Below, piece by piece: positions 1-18,041 of a stretch of 64,000 nucleotides of DNA. The DNA is taken from the NCBI RefSeq assembly GCF_009914755.1, contig NC_060927.1. One strand, 5' to 3'. The notes beneath the pieces are model-generated. The model had not been told where the DNA came from. It saw only the letters and a program-made list of their open reading frames with translations, and made no database searches. Position numbers and translations under genes: made by a program. Each line of letters starts with the position of its first letter. The stretch's first letter is position 1. The stretch comes from the human T2T-CHM13v2.0 reference genome, Homo sapiens.

Positions 1-519
1 CCTAGTATCTTACAAACATTTATATAATCTTCAAGTTATTCTACTGTTGTACAGGAACTGGGTCTTACACATTTTTGTTTCTCATCCTTTCACAGTGCTA
101 AAAAAAGCTAAATAAATGTATGAGTGGATAAATGAATATTCAGGTATCAGCTGAAACTAAAAAATATTTTACCTTTTAATTTCTCTGTATCATCTACTCT
201 CCTACAGCTGGATCATGATCTAGAATTTATAAGTTTAAGATACAAAGCAGCTTTTCAAAGGAATCATGGAGCAGGACCTTTGCTAAAGTAAATATTTTTT
301 TACAGTAATTTCCATTAAAATTCACATTGAACAATATAGTAGACCAGTGGTTCTCAGCATGCACAAAGACCACCTCTATGGAATTTGTTAAAAGCAGATT
401 CCTGTGACTCTTCACAGAATTCTGATTCAGCGGAAATCAATTCAGTAAGTCCCCGAGGGGATATTGTTTCTGAATGACACTGCCATAGAGCTTTGATAAT
501 TATTTAAGATTAGTATACA

Positions 520-3159
<2,640 letters not shown>

Positions 3160-3170
<11 letters not shown>

Positions 3171-3426
3171 TTAAAAAAAAAACAAAACCCTGAGAGTTCC
3201 CCTTCCTAGTCAAAGAAAGGGGTGACAGATGGCACCTGGAAAATCGGGTCACTCCCACCCTAATACTGCGCTTTTCCAACAGGCTTAAAAAATGGCGCAC
3301 CAGGAGATTATATCCCGCACATGGCTTGGAGGCTCCCACGCCCACGGAGTCTCGCTGATTGCTAGCACAGCAGTCTGAGATCAAACTGCAAGGTGGCAGC
3401 GAGGCTGGGGGAGGGGCGCCTGCCAT
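3160..3426 (-). CDS. L1 antisense ORF0 (MAGAPPPASLPPCSLISDCCASNQRDSVGVG...), 88 aa, reading through the truncation junction into flanking DNA
   Basis: ATG at 3426-3424 inside ORF 3160..3495. The N-terminus matches known primate L1 ORF0. Expression is not shown. Confidence 0.7.
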
Positions 3427-4005
3427 TGCCCAGGCTTGCTTAGGTAAACAAAGCAGCCAGGAAGCTTGAACTGGGTGGAGCCCACCACAGCTCAAGGAGG
3501 CCTGCCTGCCTCTGTAGGCCCCACCTCTGGGGGCAGGGCACAGACAAACAAAAAGACAGCAGTAACCTCTGCAGACTTAAATGTCCCTGTCTGATAGCTT
3601 TGAAGAGAGCAGTGGTTCTCCCAGCACGCAGCTGGAGATCTGAGAACGGGCAGACTGCCTCAAGTGGGTCCCTGACCCCTGATCCCTGAGAAGCTAACTG
3701 GGAGGCACCCCCCCGTAGGTGCAGACTGACACCTCACACGGCCGGGTACTCCTCTGAGACAAAACTTCCAGAGAAATGTTCAGACAGCAGTATTCGCGGT
3801 TCACAAAAATCCACTGTTCTGCAGCCACCGCTGCTGGTACCCAGGCAAACAGGGTCTGGAGTGGACCTCTAGCAAACTCCAACAGAACTGCAGCTGAGAG
3901 TCCTGTCTGTTAGAAGGAAAACTAACAAACAGAAAGGACATCCACACCAAAAACCCATCTGTACATCACCATCATCAAAGACCAAAAGTACATAAAACCA
4001 CAAAG

Positions 4006-5028
4006 ATGGGGAAAAAACAGAGCAGAAAAACCGGAAACTCTAAAAAGCAGAGCGCCTCTCCTCCTCCAAAGGAATGCAGCTCCTCACCAGCAACGGAACA
4101 AAGCTGGACGGAGAATGACTTTGACGAGTTGAGAGAAGAAGACTTCAGACGATCAAACTACTCCGAGCTACAGGAGGAAATTCAAACCAAAGGCAAAGAA
4201 GTTGAAAACTTTGAAAAAAATTCAGACGAATGTATAACTGGAATAACCAATACAGAGAAGTGCTTAAAGGAGCTGACGGAGCTGAAAGCCAAGGCTCGAG
4301 AACTACATGAAGAACGCAGAAGCCTCAAGAGCCGATGCGATCAACTGGAAGAAAGGGTATCAGTGATGGAAGACAAAATGAATGAAATGAAGCGAGAAGG
4401 GAAGTTTAGAGAAAAAAGAATAAAAAGAAACAAACAAAGCCTCCAAGAAATATGGGACTATGTGAAAAGACCAAATCTACGTCTGATTAGTGTACCTGAA
4501 AGTGACAGGGAGAATGGAACCAAGTTGGAAAACACTCTGCAGGATATTATCCAGGAGAACTTCCCCAATCTAGCAAGGCAGGCCAACATTCAGATTCAGG
4601 AAATACAGAGAACGCCACAAAGATACTCCTCGAGAAGAGCAACTCCAAGGCACATAATTGTCAGATTCAGCAAAGTTGAAATGAAGGAAAAAATGTTAAG
4701 GGCAGCCAGAGAGAAAGGTCGGGTTACCCACAAAGGGAAGCCCATCAGACTAACAGCGGATCTCTCAGCAGAAACTCTACAAGCCAGAAGAGAGTGGGGG
4801 CCAATATTCAACATTCTTAAAGAAAAGAATTTTCAACCCAGAATTTCATATCCAGCCAAACTAAGCTTCATAAGTGAAGGAAAAATAAAATACTTTACAG
4901 ACAAGCAAATGCTGAGACATTTTGTCACCTCCAGGCCTGCCCTAAAAGAGCTCCTGAAGGAAGCACTAAACATGGATAGGAACAGCTGGTACCAGCCACT
5001 GCAAAATCATGCCAATGCCAAATTATAA
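4006..5028 (+). CDS. L1 ORF1p, open, 340 aa
   Basis: MGKKQSRKTGNSK start; REKG, ARREW and YPAKLS motifs intact; 6-nt ATGCCA duplication near the C-terminus (HANAKL). Confidence 0.9.
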   Translation: MGKKQSRKTGNSKKQSASPPPKECSSSPATEQSWTENDFDELREEDFRRSNYSELQEEIQTKGKEVENFEKNSDECITGITNTEKCLKELTELKAKARELHEERRSLKSRCDQLEERVSVMEDKMNEMKREGKFREKRIKRNKQSLQEIWDYVKRPNLRLISVPESDRENGTKLENTLQDIIQENFPNLARQANIQIQEIQRTPQRYSSRRATPRHIIVRFSKVEMKEKMLRAAREKGRVTHKGKPIRLTADLSAETLQARREWGPIFNILKEKNFQPRISYPAKLSFISEGKIKYFTDKQMLRHFVTSRPALKELLKEALNMDRNSWYQPLQNHANAKL

Positions 5029-5091
5029 AGACCACTGAGGCTAGGAAGTAACTACATCAACTAACGAGCAAAATAACCAGCTAACATCATA

Positions 5092-8920
<3,829 letters not shown>

Positions 8921-11139
8921 ACAATGAGAACACACGGACACAGGAAGGGGAACATCACACTCTGGGGACTGTTGTGGGGTGGGGGGAGGGGGGAGGGATA
9001 GCCGTGGGAGATATACCTAATGCTAAATGACGAGTTAATGGGTGCAGCACACCAGCATGGCACATGTATACATATGTAACTAACCTGCACATTGTGCACA
9101 TGTACCCTAAAACTTAAAGTATAATAATAATGAAATAAAATAAAATAAAGGCTGAATAATTAAAAAAAACTCTGAAATGTAATATAAACCAAAGTAAATG
9201 AACCAAACCTAATGAAGTTAATAACATAATCCAAGCAAATCAAGTTAACAATGTAATCAAACTACTTTTGATTACAGACATTTGAGTGTATACCCTTAGG
9301 CTAAAGGCAAAACACTATAAGCAAGTGTTAAACTCTAGTAAGTAGATTCATTTTTCATGGTGGTATGGGCCAGCAATCCCAAACCTATTTTCTGTGTATT
9401 AAAAGGTTGAGGATATACATAAATATGCTGCGGATAATGGGAGCCGTGTTTCTCACTGTGAAAGAAAGGAGCTATAAACATAAAAAGAGGGATAGCTAGA
9501 AGGAATCCTATGCTGTGGGATTGGAATTGGAGATATCCACATGACAAGAAAGAGAGAGAATAGGTTTGTGTGTGTGTACAAAGGCCCAAAGTAGTGATAT
9601 TCTAGTAGCAATGATCACATCTAGCACCCAGATTTTGCTTTATAAATACCATTTTTCGCTAAAATAACCTAGGTTCCTTGAAGAAATGGCTGATTGCAGG
9701 GCTAGTGTTGGGAATATATGAGTCTGGGACACCTTGTTGTGCCAGTAAAAGAAGATGATTAGCGGGGACATGTCCAAAAATCATCAAGCCACCTTTAAAA
9801 GGCCCTCATTGGCCAAATCTGGGCAAGCTGAACTCCAAGATCTTAACTCACTAAATAAGAGAAGCAGCTGTAAGTCCATACTAATATAAATACATAAATG
9901 GGGAAAAAGGGAAAACTTTCCTTACAGTAGAATTCCAACTAATTAATTTAAAAGAAACTAATAAATATAGAAAAAAATGATGGAATCACAAAGTCAGCAT
10001 TTGGTAACTATCATGATAATTGATTCACAGAATAATTAACGCATGCTAAAACCAGGAGGTCAATGGTTGATAAGAAGCAGGATACTTATATACACCTAAA
10101 GTGTTTTCCTACAAAATACTATTAATTATGAAGGGAAAAATAGTGGAGAATTCTGGCAGACACCACCTTCACTAAGTGATCAAAGTTAATATAACCAGTA
10201 AGGTTGTTCCTGCTATGTTACCGTAAGAACACAACCTCACTTCTGTGATACTGCTCCAAAAAAGCATAAGCTAAATCTAATCATGAGAAAATAATGGACA
10301 TACCCAAATTGAGGGACAGTCTATAGAGCAACTGGCCTGTACTATTCAAAAACATCAAGATCATGAAAGCTCTGCCACCCCCCAAAATCAAAATGATTGA
10401 AAGATAATTTCAGATTAAAGGAAAATAAAGACATGTGACAATGTCACAAATTATTGTGAGCTGAATTCTAGCCTAGGAAAAAGCCTTTTTTCCTCTTTTG
10501 CTATGAAGTACATTCCTAAGACAACTGGCAATATTTCAATAAGGTCTATAAACTGGATAATAGTATTATATCAATGTTCATTTATTTTGATATTTGAACT
10601 ATACTTGATTAAGAGAATGTCCTTGTTTTCTCAGAAACCACATACATATTTAGGGGGAAATTGGTATCATGGCTGCAACTTATTCCAAAATGACTCAGGG
10701 TAAAAAAAAAAATCCCTACATCTATATATGAATGTATCTTTCTATTGAGAGAGAATGATAAAGCAAAGAAAGTAAAATTATTATAACATCTGTGAAATTA
10801 GGATGAAGGATATATGGCAGTCCTGGAAGCTGTTCTATAAATTTGAGATTATTTCAAAATTAATTTTTTTAAGATTAATGATACTGACTAGCTTTTAGCA
10901 GCTTGAAGGTTTAGGACATGTCATATTCGTAATTTTCTAAAGCACATCTATGTGCCATGCCAAAGCAGGCCTACAGAGTATCAGCAAAACATCAATTAGT
11001 AAGACATCCTGTCAGCCCACAGTCCATACCTACTTCCCACTCATCCTTGACTATGCAATAACTCTTACGAAGTAATTAAATCTTTATTTCTTTGTGAAAA
11101 ATGGCCTTGGGAAGAGACCTAACAGTTGGTTCCAGTAAC

Positions 11140-11450
11140 ATGATCTAAAAGAAAGATAATGGTTCCTAGCCAGAAAGTAGACATTTTGGACAAATGCGAG
11201 TGTGGCCTGTCAAATGCTATGGGGACACCCATTTATGATGTGAATAAATTCACCATGAACTCTATACGGAAAGAAGAAAAAACAAATAGAGAAAATATTT
11301 CAGCCAGTACTTTATTCTGTGAAAAAAACTGCCTTGACATGTAATAGGTACAAAGGTTGGTGATGTTAATTTATGTTATGAGGATATACTAGAGAAACAT
11401 ATGCTTTTTGAAGAAAATATGAGCAAGCCAGGAGCATACATAAGCATTAA
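11140..11450 (+). mobile_element. Degenerate Tigger/pogo (CENP-B-like) transposase fragment
   Basis: Translation KRKIMVPSQKVDILDK..YDVNKFTMNSIRKEEKTNRENISAS resembles the pogo/Tigger N-terminal HTH. Downstream EQARSIH resembles EKARSLY. Confidence 0.6.
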
Positions 11451-11573
11451 TGTGAAGAAATAGATGAACAAGTATAAGAAAGAGTCCCAAATTACATAAT
11501 GCCATGGAGGTATCTGAGAACCTGGAGATTTATTCAGATCCCAGGACATACCTGTTGTGAACATTGGTGTGTG

Positions 11574-11758
11574 CATCACACACCGGGGCCTGTTGCGGGG
11601 ATGGGAGGCTAGGGGAGGGATAGCATTAGGAAAAATCTCTAATGTAAGTGATGGGTTGATGGGTGCAGCAAACCACCATGGCATGTGTATACCTATGTAA
11701 CAAAACTGCACGTTCTGCACATGTACCCCAGAACTTAAAGTATAATTAAAAAAAGAAG
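11574..11758 (+). mobile_element. Short 3' fragment of an older L1PA
   Basis: ggggagggatagcattagg...gggtgcagcaaaccaccatggc...agaacttaaagtataa followed by an A tail. Confidence 0.85.
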
Positions 11759-14074
11759 AGAAATTCAATACAATAGACTCAATATTTATAAGGAAATTTC
11801 GTGAAAGGACATCAAGAATTGTTACAGGCTTTCGTTCCTTGTAGCACTTAGTATATGTACGTATCTAATCCTGATTGAAAACTTCTGGCCCTTATCTTAA
11901 ATTATACTAAATTGGCTGCTAAAATACCAAAATTAACAAAAATTATAAAAACAACAAAGAAATGCTTTAAATTAAACATTAAATCTCTGAAGACTGGTAT
12001 ATCAGATAATTATATACTAATAGCTGCTGGTTTTCTTTTCAGGAATTTTAACATATTCATAGCAGCAGTTTTGTTATTCTAAATAATTAAAACAGTAGAG
12101 AACTATATTTCTCTATCCAATTAGAGATTAGCTAGTTCATGTATTTAAAACCACTACATATACAAAAACAAAGCCAACAATACAACCTTGTACTTTAGAA
12201 ACAGGCATTATGTAATTAATCTTTGCTCTCTGTCTAGCATATGAACATTTTCCCCACTGAGATGCCTTATTTTGACTGTTCCCAAGGTACTTGGAAATCT
12301 TTTCATAAACAGGCTTAGCATTGAAATTAATTCTTGTGTTAAAAACCAATTTGCACCCTTGAATAGGCAAAGGCAAGAAAAGGGTCCAGAGCCAAAGGAA
12401 ATACTTTATAATAAGCTCAGGACATTTTTACTGTTGAGAAACTCAATAATAAGCTGTTTTGCCCTATATCCTCACCTGCGCATTTTTACAAGCCACTGCC
12501 AGCGCTGAATGATTTTCCCGATTTTATTTTATCGATATATCTTTTATAAATTTACTAATTCACTATCATCTTCATTTTAGGCCATTAGAAAATAGAGACA
12601 GAGATAATACTCTGGCAAATCTCTGTCCTAGATACAATGAGATGCAACTTTTGGAAGTATTCATTATTGGTGATGTACATATCTTTTGTCTAAAGTTGCT
12701 TACAAAAGTTTTGTAGGTTGAGCAGACCATCAGTGAAAAATTACTGAACACACAACACCAATATATGTACATATGCCTATTTTGAAATTATATACATGTA
12801 CTAAAAACTTGTCACTATTTTAACTTGTCAATATTTTAAATTTGTATTTAAAGTTTCCAAATCATTTAAAAATTCTTACAATTTATAAATTTTATACTAC
12901 AAAATTCTCGTCTTTAAAGTGTACAAATCAGTATGTTTTATAAGTAGTACATTCACAAGGCCGTACAACCATCACCACCACCTAATTTTAAGACATTTTT
13001 ATCACTCCCCCAAAAAAACCCCACACTCATTAACAGTTACACCCCATTCCACTCTCCTCTACACCCTATTATTCTACCAACTGGCTCTATGGATTTGCCT
13101 ATTGAAGACATTTTATAAAAATGAAACCAGACAATATGTGGCCTTTTGTGCCTGGCTTCTTTCACTTAGTGTAAGGTCTTCGAGGTTCATCTGTGATGTA
13201 GTATATGTCAGTTCATGCCTTTTTACATCTAAATAATACTCCACTGTATGGATACACCCCATTTTGTTTATACATTCATCAGTTAATGGACATTGGGTTG
13301 TTTCCACTTTTTGGCTATTCTGAATAATGCTGCTATAAACATTCATGTACAGATTTTTGTGTGGACATTTGTTTTTAATATTTGGGTAAATGTTAAGGAG
13401 TAGAACTGCTGGGTTATAGGCTAACTATATTTAACTTTTGCAGAAATGCCAAACTGGCTTTCCAAAGAAGCAGTACCATTTTTCATTCCCAACAGTAATG
13501 TGTTAGGGTTCCACTATTTACACATCCTTGCCAATACTTTATTATTATTATTATTATTATGGCCATCCTAGTGAATGTGAAGCTGTGAGGTTGTATTGTG
13601 GGTTTGAGTTGAATTTCTAGTGACTAGTGATATTGAGTTTTCTTTTATGTACTTATCATCCAGTTGAATATCTTCTTTAGAAAAATACCTGTTTAGCTGC
13701 TTTGCCCATTTTTTATTTTTTGAGTTATTTTTATTTTTATTACTGAATTGTAGGAATTCTTTACATATTCTGTACACTAGTACCTTATACATATGATTTG
13801 CAAATGGTTTTCTCTCATTCTGTGGGGTGTTTTCACTTCCTTGATAATGTTCATTGGAGCACAAAGGCTTTCAAGCTTTCATGTTTGATGAAATCTAAAT
13901 TATCTATTTTTATATGTTTGCTTGTGCTTTTGGTGTAAAATCCAAGAAGCCATTGTCACAATGATTTATGCCTATTATTTTCTTCCGGGAAATGTATAGT
14001 TTTAGTTTTTACATTTAGGCCTTTGATCCATATTGAGTGAATTTTTGTATATGGTATGAGGTAGGGGTTCAACT

Positions 14075-14076
<2 letters not shown>

Positions 14077-14130
<54 letters not shown>
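14077..14130. repeat. Pure T54 mononucleotide run
   Basis: Counted directly. Confidence 0.97.
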
Positions 14131-14132
<2 letters not shown>

Positions 14133-15357
14133 AAGTGGATATCTAGTTTTTCTAGCACCATTTGCTGAAAAGACTATTCTTTCTCCATTGAATTGTTTTG
14201 GCACCACCTTGCTGAAATTTAATTGACCATAATCATAAGAATTATTTTTAGATTCTCGACTCTATTCAGTTGACCTGTAAGTCTAACTTTATGTCAGTAG
14301 CACACTATTATTGTGGGTTTACTGCAAGTTTTGAAATCACGTATGTGACACCTCCAATTTGTTCTTATTCAAGATTGTTTTGGCAATGCTAAATGCCTTG
14401 AAATTTCACATGAACTTTCAGATTAGCTTGTCAATTTTTTCAAAAAGGTAGTTGGGGTTTTGGTAGGGATTGTGTTGAATGTATAGGTAAATTTGGAGAG
14501 TACTGCCATCTTAACAATGCTAAGTCTTTCAATCCATTAACACAGAGTATTTATTTATTTATATCTTCCTTAATCTCTTTCAAGGTTTTATTATTTTCAG
14601 CGTAGGTATCTTCCACTACCTTTATTAAATTTATTCCTAAATATTTAATTCTTTTGATGCTATTTTAAATCGAATTGTTTTCTTAATTTCATTTTCAGTT
14701 TACTCATTGCTAGAGTATAAAAGTGAATTGATTTTTGTATACTCATCTTGTATCTTGAAACACTGCTAGACTAATTTATTATCTGTAATAGTATGTGTGA
14801 ATTTCTTAGAATTTCCTGCATACAAGATCATGTCATCTATAAAAAGAGGTAGTTTTACTCTTCCTGTTCCTTTCCCTTTAAAAAATGTATATTTTTCTTG
14901 CTCAACTGTTGTGGCTAAAACCTCCAGTACGATGTTGACAAAAGTGAACTTTCTCATCTCATCACTGATCATAGAGGGGAAAGCTTTCAGTCTTTCACCA
15001 TTAAGTATGATGTCAGCTTATATGTGACATCTACACATACCATTTACATGGCTGAGGAAGTTCCTGTGTATTCCAAGTTTGTTGAGGTTTTTTTGTTTTG
15101 TTTTAATTATGAAAGTGTTTGGGATTTTGCCAAATAATTTTTCTGTGTCAATGAGATGATTATGTGTGGTTTTTGTCCTTTGTTCTATTAACATGATGCA
15201 TTACACTGACTGATTTTCAGATGTTAAAACCAACCATGCATTCCTGGGAAAAATCCCATTTGGTCATGATGTATAATCCTTTTTATATTGTTGGATTCAG
15301 TTTAGTAGTATTTCACTGAGGAATTCTGTGGTACATTCACAAGGAATATTGATCTGA

Positions 15358-15666
<309 letters not shown>

Positions 15667-15739
15667 CTTTTCTTTTCTTATAATGACCTTGGTATTGGTA
15701 TCAGGATAATACTGGACTCTTAGAATGTGTTGGGAAGTA

Positions 15740-16635
<896 letters not shown>

Positions 16636-16850
16636 TATTCCTTTCTCCTATCTATTTTTGGGGAAAAGTATGTGAAGAATTGGTGTTAATTCTATTGCGG
16701 ATGGTAGAACTAATTAGCAAAGCCACTGGGCCAGGGCTTTTCTTTGTGGGAAGATTATTGATTGCTAAATTAATCTCTTTACTTGTTATTGCTCTATTTA
16801 GAATTTCAGCTCTTTCTAGAAGCAGTTTTGGGAGTTTGTGTCTTTAATAC

Positions 16851-17951
16851 AATACCATTAATCGTATGTATCAATCTGACTGGGCCAAGAGGTGCCCAGT
16901 TTAATATTGTTTCTGAGTGTGTCTGTGAGGGGTTTTCTGGATGAGATTAGCATTTGAATTCGTGGATTCACTAAAGTAGATTGCCCTCCCCAATGTTGCT
17001 GGGCATCATCTAATCCATTGAGGGCCAGAGGAGATCAAGAGACAGATGGAAAAAGAATTCATGCCTTTTGATTCTTGCTTTTCTGCTTCTGTTGGAATCT
17101 CGGTCTGCTCTTACCCTTTTACTACCATTAACACCATTGGCTCCTCTGATTCTGAGGCCTTCAGACTTGGATGGGAATTACATAGCCAGCTTTCCTGGGT
17201 ATCCAGCTTGCAGATTGTGGAAATTCTCAGCCTCCGTAATTACTTGAGTCAATTCCTCATAATAAATCTTTTCATATATATATATGAAAGATAGATATAT
17301 AAATATATAATATATAATATACAATTTTATATATTATTTATATATAGCACATAAAATATATATCTATACATATATTTATAATATATAACATATAAGTAAT
17401 ATATAAATATATCATATATTATCTATATATAAATATATCATATATTATCTATATATAAATATTTTCATATAAATAAAAGATATATATGAATATATATTAT
17501 ATAGATGGATATATAAATATACATGTAAATTATATATTTATATATAATTTTTAATTTATATTTTATATATTATATAAAATTATATAAATTAGATATAATA
17601 TATTCATTTTTAATAGATAAATATTTTATTTAATACATAATAAATAATATATATTCATATAATATATATTATATAAATATATATTCATATAATATATATT
17701 ATATATAATATATATTCATATAATATATATTCATATAATATATATTATATATAATATATATTCTATATAATATATATTATATATAATATATATTCATATA
17801 ATATATATTATATATAATACCTATTCATATAATATATATTATATAAATATATAAACATATATTCATACATATATCTTTCATATATATGAAAAGATTTATT
17901 ATGAGGAATTGGCTCAGGTAATTATGGAGGCTGAGAAGTTATATTTACATA

Positions 17952-17999
<48 letters not shown>

Positions 18000-18041
18000 C
18001 TCCTATTGGTTCTGTTTCTTGAGGGAACCCTGACTAATACA
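16851..18041 (+). mobile_element. MLT2 (ERVL) solo LTR with an expanded AT-rich insert
   Basis: gactgggccaagaggtgccc..gatgagattagcatttgaat 5' part; tcctattggttctgtttc..aaccctgactaataca 3' end. Confidence 0.8.
17270..18000. repeat. TA-rich satellite (~30-nt units atatattcatataatatatattatata) plus a (CT)n(AT)n microsatellite
   Basis: Seen directly. Confidence 0.9.

Noticed and set aside
13956-14207. Poly-lysine ORF
   Set aside because: An artefact of the T54 run inside a dead L1.
17640-17860. Regularly spaced repeats as a CRISPR-like array
   Set aside because: TA-rich tandem units without unique spacers, in a primate intron.
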